Positions 48,690 to 62,575 of a stretch of 64,000 nucleotides of DNA are shown in pieces. The notes below the pieces were generated by a model. That model was given only the letters and a program-made list of their open reading frames with translations, made no database searches and had not been told where the DNA came from. The translations under genes were made by a program, and so were the position numbers. The DNA is from Perna viridis (Eukaryota). The stretch covers positions 2,480,001 to 2,544,000 of the forward strand of contig CM074511.1 of assembly GCA_037379345.1 (NCBI GenBank). The letters run 5' to 3'. Numbering within the stretch: the first letter of the stretch is position 1; every line of letters starts with the position of its first letter.

Positions 48690-50617
48690 ATATTGAATTG
48701 GTCTAGAGCTGGCATGTCAGTTAACAGCTAGTAGTTCTTAGTTTGTATATATGTAATTTATATTCAGTTTCTTTATTTCCGTTGTAACAAGGAACTCGGA
48801 ACTTTTTTAACTGATTTTAGGTGTGTTTAATTGTGTAGTGTTTTTTGGCCTGTTTTAAATTGGTAGGGTTGTGATTATGCCAAAGTACTTTAAGCCCTCA
48901 CAGCATTTTATGTGCCTGTTCCAACTCAGGAATTTCTACCTCTGTATGTCGCGTTTTACCTTTAGTTTATTTTTTATGTTACTTAAGTATAAAGGAGCAA
49001 CTATTTCGCTGTACATGTGTATAATGATGTTTTGGGGCCAACAGCAGCCTGTACTATGGTATGAGGTTTTCCAGGTCATTCATTGAAGACCAGTGGGTGA
49101 CATTGGGCTGACATTTTCATTCCGATGGAATTGTTGTCTGTTTGCTATATAAACCATACTATTCTCGTAATATTAAAGACGGGAAATATTGATCAAACAA
49201 TACAAAAGCTTCAATTACAATCGTGGCAAAAATGAGAATTATTAATGTTTTTTCTAGAAATGGGTTTGTACAGAGAAGAAAACCCATATCCATTGACTTT
49301 GAACCATACACAAAAAATACTATAGATGACACACTGGATAAGGGCTAGAATCTGTATGAATCTGTATGAATCGGGTAAAATTAGTAATGAATCATGCTCA
49401 GAAAATACACACGAATTTGACAATTTGGGCATATAGTTTATGGTCTGTTGAAGACGAACTAACAGTTCGTTCGTCTTAGCAGTGTCAGAAGGCGCAGAAT
49501 ATGGTGAATTTAAAGAAACGATGGAATGATAGACAGAGTAAGTTACTTTCCGTTGTTGATGAAATTGCAGTGCATTTCATGTAATTTATACTCGAATTAC
49601 TGACACTTGAATATATAATGAATACCATTTCTGTATTTTAGATAACATTTGGAATTCATACGCATTCATTCTGCTTCATACGTAGACCTTAACCTATACA
49701 TATATGATGCAGAACGTTTGAAATCGAAACTGTGATATGCACACTTTCCTTTTTCGTAGAGCAAAGAAAATGTCAAATAAACTCTTCATTTAGGGGTATA
49801 TCAGCCTTTGTTGATATCATCACTACAGAACTTTGATGATATCAAGTTCTATGTCACAGATGAGACAAGATACATCTAGTATTATTACCGGATTGTTAAC
49901 CTACTGAACATGCTACTGGCGGAGTAGGATATGCTTCCTTTCCCGGAGCACCTGATGCTACTCCTGTTGGAGTTCAAATAACAAGTGCTTTAGTGTGAGC
50001 TGTCTTGTTTCTATTATCTTCAGTACTTATATATTAATATATTTTATCATCTTAGTTACATTTTGTATATATATATCGTCGATATATTGCCTGTTTTAGC
50101 GTTTTGTCCATGATATATGTCTCGGAAGTGTGCGGTCATTATTTTTTTTCGGATGTTTTTCTTAACAGCTATACCATTTTGTACAGGGTTTTTGAAATAG
50201 TTATAACAGTTTGCAAAAAAGAAATGTTTACTGTTTATTTCGTATGTATGTTCTAAAACTATGTTATATGCAGTGACATTAAGTGCTTCATGACAAATTT
50301 AGAACCATATTGGTTTGTATAGATTGTTACCATGTGTCCACAACTCCAACGAAACGTGTGGCTGATATGTTTATTACAGCCAAAGTTGAAAAACATAAAA
50401 AGATATGTGGTGTGATGTAATACTTTCTACAACAATAATCCTACATTCGTATGGGATTTGTATGTAATTCGAATGTTTGTGTTTGAACTGTCAACACACG
50501 CACTGAGTTGGTGTAATAGAAATTCTAAGATAAATCTCTGAAGGTCGATAAATCACCCCGAGAACATACCTAATTGTTCGGCCAGTTAAGACTGTACTCC
50601 GCAACAAACAACCGTTG

Positions 50618-51540
50618 GTCTTAATAATTTTGGTAGAGGTTCCTTATACTTTGTAAAACATTATTCAAAATTATCTTTCAAATATACCGAAGGAGATGTC
50701 TTAAAATGCTGGAATTCTGATATTTGTTCATTGTCTTGGACGTTTTATTTTCAACAAACGGTCGTCATTCCAATGGGAACAAATTGTGCTCCTCTACTTG
50801 CTGAGCTATTCATTCACAATTATAAGTCTGACTTTAAAGCTTATCTGATCCAGAAGAAGGAGCATCGTTTAGCTAGATTGTTTAATATCAGTTTTCGCTA
50901 TATAGATGACGTATTAATGTTAAACAAACCTAGTTTATTGCGTCTACCCCAAAGAAGAATACTACATACACTGTGAAGTCAGCCTCATATCATAACCTAC
51001 GATTAGAGATCGACGGTAAAGGAAAACTAGTGACCTTCAGCACCTGCGAATGGAGTTTTCATATCACAACCCAAACGTTATCCCAGAGTAACTACGCATG
51101 CTTTTTGTATCGCGCTAGACTTCTTACAGTTAGGCTTCTGGAACAGGGTTATATTGCTACATTACAATGTACTTAAGTCTTCACTACCTAAGTTTTATGG
51201 TCATCATCATGAACTGGATCGCTTCGGTGTATTCATCTGAACCATGAAAACTGATTTGTTCAACCTGTCATAGTTTTCTTTTCCTCTTTCGTCTACCCTG
51301 GACTTGACTTTTCATGAGCAACTCGGCGGGTGGTTCTAGAAAAGTAGAGGACGCTTACCCCACCGGTACACTTGATTCATGCTCCCATTTTTAGTGGAGT
51401 CCAAGTCTACTTTTGTTACTTTGTATGTATTATTTAGGTTATTTTATGCTCTTTGTTGTGTGTCTGCTTTCCATGTCTGGTCTTTGTTCTTAGATTACAT
51501 TCTTTTGATTTTCGCTATTAACTTGGTTCTCTGGTTACTC
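50618..51540 (+). mobile_element. Decayed Naiad-type PLE (RT C-half plus tail)
   Basis: FQQTV.IPMGTNCAPLLA.LF, FRYIDDVL, shared tail. Confidence 0.88.
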
Positions 51541-52148
51541 CTTAAAATCGACCGTGCGAAATGCGCTATCTTTACTTCGCCTGGCAACAGTAACAAAGTC
51601 GCATATTGAACTTAAATGGCACCGTTCCTTATAGTATGTCTTCGAAAACACATGGAAACATGTTTAGGGCAAATATGGAAGTATTCGTTTTTTGTGCAAA
51701 TAAGAACACATAAAATATTTAATTTTCAAGATAACATGAACACCTTGCTCTTTTCATAAACATCGTTCTATGGAAACATATAATTACCATGTCATTTTTT
51801 CCCATGAATTAATCTGCAGGTCCTTTACATATGCTTCATGGTCGTCCTAAAAATATGAAAAAAAAAAAACATATTGTTCAGGTGTTTATTTCAAAGCATA
51901 TGAAATCATATATTGTAATTTGTTTTGTGTAGGCAAAGCTTAAAACCAATTTACATGTCTACGGTAGTAAACAGTGAGAAAATACAATAAAATATATAGC
52001 TTGATGACATTTGAAAGAAACTAAGAAAACACACAAAAAAGTAATTATGATATATTATTGTTATTCATATCTGTATAGTGTTTTTTTACTATAGCAATTT
52101 CATAGATTTTAACATGTGCTAACATTCAAACAAAATCGACATTTGTAG

Positions 52149-54292
52149 TTGAAAGGTCTGTGATTGCATTAGTTTGTCAATCACCGAATCCTCTAGTGGC
52201 TGAGTACATTACATCAACAAAAGATTTAGTTACACTCCCAGGATCTACAGAAATATCATGTTGTCAATGGTGCCAGTCTAATATTCACTGCAATTCATAC
52301 AGTTGGAGAAGGTTAGATTCCATGTGTTATCTGGCGTCGACTGCATACAGTAACCATGATCAAACCATATACAGTTATATTTCATATATGTATTGTATAT
52401 ATTGTTGTGCAAAAAAAAAGGAAAAAAAATCATCAGGTCAGCTCAGATAAAGTACGGTCCATTAACAATGTTTGTTCTTGGTGTTGTGATATCACGATAT
52501 CTGACTCCGAAAACAATGAAGTAAAGTTGAAACCTCTTATAGGCAGCATGCTTGGCTTGTCTTTGGAAACCGTTATTAGTCAGCAAGCTTGGGTTCTGTT
52601 TGGAGGCCACTTTTGTTTCGCATGCTTGAGGTTATCTTTGGAAAGCGCTCTTATTCAGCAAGCTGGGGTTATGCTTGTTAACTGAATCTGCAAGGTTGGG
52701 TTATCTTTGGAAATTGCTTTGTTTAACCAGCTGGGGTAATTCTCTAGAAACCGTTATTACTCAATAGGCTATGGTTCTGTTTAAAGACACTCATGTTTAG
52801 CAAGTTTGGGTTCTCTTTGGAAACTGCTTTTGTTAGGTAAGTCAGGGATCTGTATTACAAAATGGCCGTCTGTACATGAATGAATAGGAACTGTAATACA
52901 ATAGTGTTTTGTATCTTTTTAAAGTAAGATAAAGACTATTGTGATCAACAATCTGGTACACAAGAATTATATTAATGAATGTTTCAGTCGAAATGGCCAA
53001 ACTCTCCGTGGCTCTCTGTATAAAATTAGAGGTAGGTTATTCGTGTTTGACTCATTTTTAATACTAAATCTATTAAGATTTAAAAAAAATTACATCTAAC
53101 CTAAATGCCATTGTGACACTAACAGAACCTTGAGAAAGGGCACACTATATAAATTACGACTATATGTTTTAGACAGATCTAGAGATTCGATGTCTCATAT
53201 CTGGGTATGTCTGGATAAAACAAATACGATTTTGCTTCAAAATATACGGCATCCAGTATAACTCCACATCGCAAGCAGACTCTGTGCGAACTTGTGAACT
53301 ATTAGGACACCGCTTAGTACGACCAAAAACCTCCGAACAACACGAATACATGAAGAAAACAATAAAGTCCACTAATGCAGGTAAACTTGAAAATTTAAGA
53401 TTTTTCACATATAAATAACAATCAATGTGTATCAAAAGCTTTTCAATTTACAGTTAGAATTGTCTGGAATATATTTTAGTATTTTTTAGTACTTTAGTAT
53501 ATATTATCAAGTATAAGTTAGGGTGGTTTTCTTTTAATCCATCAACCACCGCTTTTTTGTTTGTTCTGTAAGCATAAAAATCTATATCTTAATTAAAATC
53601 TAAGAGCTGTGTATAAGCATGACAAACCAAATTTGAAAAAAAAACAATAATAATAATAATAAAACAGAAAATAAAAGAATATAAAACGCACAGTCCAGGA
53701 AATATAAATTAGAAAATATAAATGCCGGTATTCAATTACTCTTGTTTACAAAGAGTCCATATATTTTTTTATATTGCAAAGTGTACTGTAGTCAATCAAA
53801 ATGTTATCAACGTGTCAAAACGAGTGAGATCATTTCAGTACAAGCTACTATGAGTAGATTCTAAAAAGGAGAATGCTGGGTGTAATATGGTTACATTAAG
53901 GTCAATATGCTAAGTTGAAGCTTAAATTTGCAAACCTCGCTAGACTATGATTGATATTTTTATCCTGAAACTGTGACATGCATTAGCTTTATTTAATTCA
54001 TACTAAAATGACAAATAGGTGATGCTATACGAGGTAATAGTAAAAATATTACAGTAGTTCTGTTTCGTCCTCAATAGGTATATTGGGGTACTGGGTAGAT
54101 GTTAAAGATATCAAAAGGGACGGAATCTGGAGCTATTCTGACGAAACTATTATGGAGTCAACATTTTGGGCCTCTGGTGAACCACGGTTTGTTGGTAATG
54201 AATATTGGATAGTGATGGCCCAAGATTATAATTATGACCTGAACGATATTGAATGTTGGTTCGAGAGAAAATTTATCTGTCAGATTATATAA
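52149..54292 (+). pseudogene. PAN/apple + C-type lectin paralogue, copy 2 (exons ~52149-52389, 53177-53380, 54078-54292), probably decaying
   Basis: Exon-by-exon homology to copy 1 (SCCQWCQSNIHCNSYSWRRLDSMCYL; FCFKIY..TCELLGHRLV; YWVD..WASGEPR..LNDIEC..FICQ). The end of the PAN exon is shortened and out of phase, a conserved CTLD Cys is replaced by Trp (EYWIVM), and no signal exon was found. Confidence 0.65.
52520..52850. repeat. Degenerate ~38-bp tandem repeat in lectin-2 intron
   Basis: Recurrent GCAAG.TTGGGTT.T.TTTGGAAA. Confidence 0.6.
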
Positions 54293-54699
54293 AAAAAACG
54301 TTGATAATGAAACAAGTGTGGACACAGACTGGTACCGAAGAGCAAATTTGATTGGACATATATACGTTTTGTCTTGAATGTGTTTGCATTGTCTAAAAAA
54401 AACTCCTCCATTTATTGATATCAATAAGTGATTTATGCGTATGTTGATAAATATCCATTAACATATGTTACTAAACATCTAAATGGGGAACAAATTCCAC
54501 AATGGCTTGCAATAACCATCAGACAAGTCATATACATATAACAATGCTTCTTTCTTGAAGGTGTACTTGCATGGATGTGTTGAACTTGATATGTCATGTT
54601 AAGGATTGACCATTCCAATTTATGTACGTCAGCTCGGTAAAATTCTGGACTCTCAGTTTTGTTTTTTTTTAGATTAACAGAAACCAACAATGAGGTATC

Positions 54700-54930
54700 T
54701 GTCAGTTACATGGATGGCCCTAATTTCAAAACAGTACGGGTCATAAACTCAAAATTAAACAGGAGTATCCCTTTAGTAGTTAGAAAAATCAGATCAAAAT
54801 TGCATAACAGTTGATCAACCAAAACTAAAGTCATCGCACGAAAACCAAGTGAATATGGACGACGACGACATGCATGCCGCCGACGATGACGCCGCTGTCA
54901 GCACCATACCAATATACGACCGAATTTTTT
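54700..54930 (-). mobile_element. Possible non-autonomous Helentron/HINE-like fragment
   Basis: Minus strand reads CGGTCGTATATTGGTAT..GCGGCGTCATCGTCGGCGGC..GTCGTCGTCC, the typical start of mollusc HINE-type repeats. By-eye resemblance. Confidence 0.45.
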
Positions 54931-55708
54931 TTAAATATATAAGGTCTTTGTTTTTACAATAGTCTTAGTTAAACAGTTCTCTATCAAAAGAGAATAAAAC
55001 TGCAAAACCGTAAAGTTTTCCCACTAACAGTCATGTACTCAACAGAAAACATTCAAAATTCTTATGAATCAAAATTACAATACCGGTATATGAAGGACTT
55101 TAAGGCTCTATACTGGCTCACAGTTAACACTTCAAAATCAATATTTTAACTAAATCAAACAATTTTATTGACTTCTAAATTACTTTTTTTTGCAGTACTT
55201 GTTTCAGACCCAATATAACGTGTATGTACATTCAGTACTTCACAATACCGTCATTAACTTTAGAATCTGTATTTCATTTAATACTGTAAATCTTCTTCAC
55301 AATTCAACAAAACTTTTTGCGTGTGTAGTATTAATGTCTTGATGCTTAATAAAAATCCCCACCCTTTTAACAAATGTTTAAGTATGAATGTGACTTAAAT
55401 TATATTTTTATGTACATGTACAAATTTTACTTTATTGGCATGAAGTCATAAACATGCAAAAATATGGTTTAAATAAAAATCAAACTAAGAGTTGTCAGTG
55501 CATGCAGTCTGACATATACATATATAGCAAAACTAAAAATCGTTGGAGCTCCTCGGGAATGTACTTACATGTACATTTTACTTTTACGTGTACATAATGT
55601 CTATATGTATAATGTAGAGTACCAGAAACTTCATGTTACAGTAATGGGCAGAGTGCCTAAACTCAACAGATTCCTCAATGCCATGTGTTTTGCAACAAAA
55701 TATCTTGC

Positions 55709-56002
55709 CAGACAACCTCTAGAACTGCTGGAGTAATAAACAGACAACCTCTAGAACTGCTGGAGTAATAAACAGACAACCTCTAGAACTGCTGGAGTAA
55801 TAAACAGACAACCTCTAGAACTGCTGGAGTAATAAATAGACAAACCTCTAGAACTGCTGGAGTAATAAACAGACAACCTCTAGAACTGCTGGAGTAATAA
55901 ATAGACAACCTCTAGAACTGTTGGAGTAATAAACAGACAACCTCTAGAACTGCTGGAGTAATAAACAGACAACCTCTAGAACTGCTGGAGTAATAAATAG
56001 AC
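55709..56002. repeat. 32-bp minisatellite, ~9 copies
   Basis: Unit CAGACAACCTCTAGAACTGCTGGAGTAATAAA. Confidence 0.97.
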
Positions 56003-56009
56003 CGTCCTA

Positions 56010-56546
56010 TTAAGCCTAAAAATATGTTGTGTTTCCGGTCACCCTACCGACCCTCCTTCAGACCCCCTACCCAAAAGTTTTTAATTTGTTATTTAAAAAA
56101 AATAATAATGATAAAGTCTGCCGATTGTCTTTCAGAAAAAAAAGTAAAAAATAAAGCCATAGATGTTTTTTTTTCAATCCTAGATGGAAAAACAAAGAGA
56201 AATATTGGTTGTTTATATTTAGATTCGATTGTAAACACACATGCCGGGAGTATGCTCTTGGTCGTAGATAATACCTTTTGGGATTCGGCACTTGAATTAA
56301 ATATTTGTTGTTTTGATCACCATCGTCAAAACAAAAATATCTCAAGCGCCGAATCCCAAAAGTGATTAGGCTGTGGACTAAGTCTATTAGTTTTTTGCAT
56401 ATTTGGTTCATCGTACAAGTATTCAAAATTTGTGTCACTATGATTTATTCCATATTAAAATGTTTAAATAAAAATAAATCCCTACCTACGGACTCGACAA
56501 AATTTTAGAACGATGATCGGAAACATAACATTAATTTTTCGGTCCT
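56010..56546. mobile_element. MITE-like element with ~30-bp imperfect TIRs
   Basis: TTAAGCCTAAAAATATGTTGTGTTTCCGGTCA versus TGATCGGAAACATAACATTAATTTTTCGGTCCT; CCTACC motifs also seen in a related fragment at ~62180-62395. Confidence 0.6.
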
Positions 56547-58257
56547 GGAGATTTCTCATCAATTGACTGGCGTGCACCATTAAGTTGACCTACCTTTCTG
56601 TCTTGCATGCACTTGGAAGTGTTGATTTTATCCAAAAAGTATTTTGCTGGGTCAAAGATTCAGCAAATGCTGTAGTCTGTACAGTATATAGTGTACAGAT
56701 TGGATCACTAGATCACGGATCGATATTAAAACACGAGATAATGCATTTAATGAATGAACATGGTCACATGACAACTAATTTCCCCGAATACACCATGACC
56801 CACATTCACGGGTATGACTATACCCGGGGACTGTGTAAACGCTTCAATGCTTTACACCGTGTGTGAGAGACCCCAGATGACAGCCAAGGGCGTTAAGAAA
56901 CCCTTTGCCCGTCATGTATTACAAATACCACATATGAGTGCGAACCGAGTCTAACAGTATTGGCTATATATGTTAGCACGAAAACGAAAATTAAACCAAG
57001 TATAGGAACAGTCAGCTGATGGTCGGCGTCGCTCATATCGTGCAAATGATTGATTAACACTGTGTTACGAAAGATTTTTGGGGATTTGAGTGGTTTATTT
57101 CCACAAAGACAGTCGAATTATCTGCTCAAAGCAACAATGTCTAAGCTTTATAATCCACGAAATGAAGGATGTAACGGATATACGGAAAGTGCTATCATTT
57201 TCAACTTTATTGTTATAGTGTTAATTAATAAATAAACAATAAATTGTTATACCGCATTTCTGTGATGAGTTTTCTAGTGTAGTGTAGTGTAGTGTAGTAC
57301 CTACTGAAATACACGTCCCATTTTTTATGTAAATTGTAAATGGGAAAAATTGTGGTTCAGATTAGGATTAAGTAAAAATAAATTCATCTTTTCTGATAGT
57401 TTTCGAGTCTTTCTCTATTTTTTTCTAATTAAAAGAAGTGAATATGATGTTTTTAAAGAGTTCGGGAAACGCGTGGATGTACGTACGGGTATCTTCGCTG
57501 TTCAACTGTCGCTGTTGTCAAGAACCTAACCCGCCTTGGAAAAAAATATAACATCGATTATGTTATCCAAATCGAAGCATCGCTTTTCTAAGATAGGAAA
57601 GGCAATCATTTTATTGTTTGGAATTTGAAGCTATCGTCTGAATTTTGTTTACGTCACATGATATGTGTAAAATATTACCACCATCCGTGGAGAACTGTAA
57701 TTTTTCTGTATCTGTACAGATTGATCAGACGGGCCAAAACTGAAAAGGATTTTGCTAGAGATGCCCTTTAGGGATAAAATATGTAAAGTATTATGCAGTG
57801 CTATAAAATTATCGACCATTTTGAGAGCGAGGGAAAAGGGGTATGGGGTTGGAGTTTTGGGCCAAAAAAAAATTCTCTAGTTTAAAGTTATTCATTTAAG
57901 GAAAAAAAACAGCTTCCCCATTAATTAACAGGGCAGATTTTCAAATAGAATGGTTGAATTGGCTTGCTGCTTAGATATAAACAAAAATATTGCACTTGCG
58001 AAGCAAACATTTTCTACCGGGTAGACCCCCTTTTCTGTACTGTCCTTTTTTATTTTTATGAGTCTCACACAGACGGTACATGTATGGTAAAGCTCTTGGT
58101 GCTCGCTGATTTAGGCAAAGCCTATCCCATATTAGATAGCGACAGGAAATGGAATAGATAAGGTGAAACATAACAAAAGCTCAAATTTATAATTATGGCT
58201 GACGTGTATTAGAATGTGTAATCAAGGGCGCCAAGCTTCTAGCAGAAATAAAAATAA

Positions 58258-58430
58258 TTTAATCCAGGGACAAAGACCAGACAACACACAATCACAACAA
58301 AGAACATAAAGTAACTAAAATAATACATACAAAGTAACAAAGGTAAATGAGCAACTCGGATTCCACTAAAAACTGGAAGCATGGACCAGGTGCACCGTTA
58401 GGGTAGGCGTCCTCTGCTTTTTACAAACAC
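58258..58430 (-). mobile_element. Naiad-type PLE tail fragment
   Basis: Reverse complement of the shared tail (GCAGAGGACGC.TACCCTA.CGGTGCACCTGGTCCATGCT). Confidence 0.85.
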
Positions 58431-59999
58431 GTACTGCACGTAAGTACGTGTAACACTATAGAATGAAAATAGCTGTTCAATCCTTATAATTCTATCCGAC
58501 AGTCAAAGTTACCCTCTGAGAGACTCAGTCGGTTACATTGATACACTTGTTTGTGTTTATGCTTCAATACACACGCATTCCTTTGCACACGTATGGGAGC
58601 GCGAACGAATATTTACACATAATCGTCTGCACAACGACAGTGAAGGCGGTATGGACGAAGTGATAGTTGGCATTGAAAAATACGAGAGGTGAACAATTCA
58701 GCAGGAATATAATTATTAAGGAAATACAACAAGAAAGAAGGAAAATTACAACAAGGTTTTTTCAAGGGTTCAGTCAGACTCAGTTATAAGTTTCTTTCCC
58801 CGAGCTGAAAATTACTCTCTGTAAACAAACTTGACCGGTAAAATCATTGTGCATGTAATAAACTATTCTTACGGCTATATTATGCCGTTCAGTTCGTTGC
58901 CACCCTCTTTCAAACCACAGGTCGCCACAATTGTTTCAAATTGACTGGCGTTCATGCATGTATGAACGATCTGGCGAAGTTCATGCATGTATGAACGTTC
59001 TGGCAACGACGTTCGCGACCAATCAAAAAACGGCTATAAGCATGAAGAATCTCATGATTAGAATTGTTTCACTATTAACCGTACGTAATGGAAGCATGAA
59101 GTTTAGCGTGTATTCTAATATGACGGCTTTGAGACCACAACTGTGATTTTCGATTGTCATATGAGCAGCACGCGACTTATTGGGCGTGGCTTGTGTGTGT
59201 GTGTGTAAATTACTGTCCACTCAATCAGTGTAAACAAACAAACGTAACATTCCCATGTATATCAGCTGTGTTCATTCATTTCAGTAGCGTTAAATATGGA
59301 CAGATATAGCGCGTCAACGGTGACCTTAATAGGTCACAAAAACGTAAAAAAGTACCGTTAAAAGTATCCTAATAGAATCGAAATCGCTCGGGGTAAAATG
59401 ATGCGGCATAAATGGTCAGCCCGTGGTAAAACAATGATAAAATGGAGTTTCCGTGATTTATTTCTTAACTCACCTTTCATTTTGAAGTGCATGTACCAAG
59501 TCCGTTTCATTGCGATGGTTTTCAATCTTCCGGTTTTTACTGAGATATTGCCATTTGATATACGGATTTTCTTTTAGACTTTTCCTTTTGACTACTGCCT
59601 AGATTATATCAGTTCGATAATTTTGTAATTACCCTTTATAAACTACGCATTCGCAGTACAGCGTTCCATATCTTATCACCCTCTGGAGCAAATAAGGTAA
59701 CAACAAAATTACCGAACCGTAATGTGATCCATAATCAAGTCAAGTCCAAAATAAATCTGGCAAAACAGTTATTAAACCACCGGAGCTGCTGGTCCTGACT
59801 TCAGACGAAATGGTAGGTTTTACAGCGCCCTAAACCCCCTCTTCCATTTCAGCGTGACTATACCAGTTGTGACTAAGAAACATTTGCATGCTATTGTCAT
59901 AATCGGTAAATCAGCGGTCATATCAGCACAGAGAACATTTTAAAAAAACAATCATTACTCATTGTTGTAGAAGAAAGTGAGTATTTTTCAACTAAGGAC

Positions 60000-60575
60000 T
60001 GACTTTTTAAGACGCATTTCCTCATACCCCTGATTCAGGAGTCTGTTACGCAGACATTTATGGTGTTCGAGGAAATCAGAGTAGTTAGTACTTGCTCTAG
60101 CGCAGCGAATCAATTGTGAAATATAAAAACCATATGCAGGAGATGAAGGCATATTGCTGCACAGGTAGGAAAAATTAATGATATTAAAATTAAAGTCATC
60201 TCTTTTGTCATAAGTCTTAGTGCTGATATGACATTGTTGTCAAATTCGAGATCTGGGTCCGAAAAAGATGCAGAACAGGCTGTTTCTGTGGTCTCCTATA
60301 TCTCGAGTAAATTCTGGTAGATATATTCACGGTAACTATTTACCAAAAGAAGGGTTGTTGATGGACAATACAACATCAGTATATCTGTATGTTAAGTTAA
60401 AGGATTTAGCATTTTTAAAAGTTTTATTCTTTACGAGGTTCTGAAGAAATTCTGTCTCGTATGAATATAAAAACAATGCGGCTAGGAGAGGAACACAGTT
60501 AGTGTCCATTGGAATGCCAACTTGTTGAAAAATAACTCTTCCAAATGTGACAAATATGTTATCAATGAGGAAATC
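60000..60575 (-). mobile_element. Old PLE RT fragment
   Basis: Minus strand GIPMDTNCVPL, ETACSASF.DPDLEFD, DDFNFNIINF, PSSPAYGFYISQLIR. Confidence 0.7.
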
Positions 60576-61269
60576 TGTCCTCTTCTAACAGGAACAACGA
60601 CGCTTAAAAAATGAAATGATTTAATGAACAAAGTCAATTATAACAATTATATAAGACGCAACAGTAATTCAGCTTAAAAGGAAAGAACTGTTTGTTATGT
60701 GTTTCTCTTCTCAACACCCAGCACCCTCTGCAACGTCAGGTTTCTACTTTTATCTATTTGTCCAAACAATAAACTAATAAATTATTAAAGTTAAATTATG
60801 TCTATAAAATTCATAAAAACATAGTCATTAATCCTCCGTAGGCACATGTCAGTATCCTCCAGCATTAACACGTGGAATCAATGTTCAGTAGTAGGTTTAA
60901 TGTATCCATCAATCCTCTGTACGCATGCGTTATTATCTTCTGGCATTGGAACGTGGAGACAGAGTCATTAGTATTTTTCATAGTTTGCAATAGGCAGTGG
61001 TCACAAATGTAAAGCTATTATTTTCAATAATAATGTCCAAAACACCTCTAGTACTATAGTAAAATGTTGCATTTCAGCAAGTTGTATAGTTAAAGGTTTA
61101 CAAATCAAACATATCGTAAACCTTCTTTTCTGAGTGGCACATTTTGCCCTTCTGCGATGTTTTAGAAAAATATATGCATTTGTAACCAAAAACAACATTT
61201 TTTGAAACAGCAAAAAAAAAAAAAAAAATAAGTCCTTTCAGATTTCAATTTCTCATGTGGTAACGTAGT

Positions 61270-62075
61270 GTAAAGAGTTGAGAAGTTAAATGTTTTGAAA
61301 GAACTAATTTCCGAAAAACTGCGGGATTTTAGGTTTTGAATAAATCTCCAGAATTTTTAGTGTCCACATATGATTAATGCCACTACAAGAGTAGGTGGTA
61401 TTGCAATAAGCTTCTTGTCCATTATTCACTGCGGACAATATCTTTGTAAGATGAATTGACATCTCCTCCGTGGAGCAAGATGAATATCCAGCAATATACC
61501 TTTCTTTGTATTGATTCTTATAAAGTTTGGAAATCCAATACAAGTAAGGAATTCCTCACATTTTGTTTCGATGTTGAGAGAAGTCATGAAGGACTTGTGG
61601 TTGTTTAGGATTTCATCTTTATCAAAAGTAGTATGTTTGAATATGGCATTACCTGGGATGTTACTATCAATACCCAATTCCATAATAAGGCAACTGAAGT
61701 AATGCGCTTTAGCTTTATAACCAAATACAATGTTTGAAGCTTTGTCCGCAGGGACGATAACGTATTTCCCATGTAGTGAGGAAAGGCATTCAAGTGCCTT
61801 ACGATCGTTGAATAGGGACTTAGGTCTTTTATTGACAACATATCTGGAGATTGTCAATACGATTCCGTACTAAAGATCGGATGGCACGTATCCAATCTGA
61901 CAAGAACTCGATTTCTGGTTCTTGGTTCTTTTCTCTCTTTATCCATTATCTGGCATAATCTTCAACAGCATCCATTGTAGTTTTGAAATTAAGTTTTCAT
62001 TGAGGCCCTGTGGTTCTCTGAATTTTTAACCGTGAGAAATAACTTTACTTAGGAGTGCATTCTCAATGATAATCA
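61270..62075 (-). mobile_element. PLE (Naiad-type) RT N-terminal fragment, different family
   Basis: KYVIVPADKASN, MYWISKLYKN..RYIAG.SSCST, SGINHMW.LK. Confidence 0.8.
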
Positions 62076-62575
62076 GAGAATTGCAAGAAAAGAGCTTTTA
62101 TTTGACATCTATATAAGCAATTAATTTGGAAGCTCTAACTGGTAACAGAATAGAACCATTCTCTAATGCCCCCCCCCCCCAAATAAAAATAGACTTGTGT
62201 CTTGCTACCAGCAAGAAAAATAGGGTAGGTATGTAGGAAAACTATTTTGTTTTTTATAAAGCATTTTATTTTGAGTTAACTGGGAAATTATTTAGAGTTT
62301 AACAGTGCTAGAGCCAAAGTGGCCATAAAATGTTTATGTTGGCACAAAAATATGGTAGGTATGGTGGAAGGAAACAGACATATTTTTGGCCTTACAATTG
62401 CATATTGCATATTTACAAAATGCACTGTTTCTTCAAATATCACACCTACCCTGTGAATTTCTGTTGAAATTCCTACAAAAGTTCAAGCCTTTACTTGCAC
62501 CTCTAGGGATGTCCGTAATTGCATAATCAGACTTACCATATTGCCCTTCATCTAAATTTTGATATATCTGCATCT

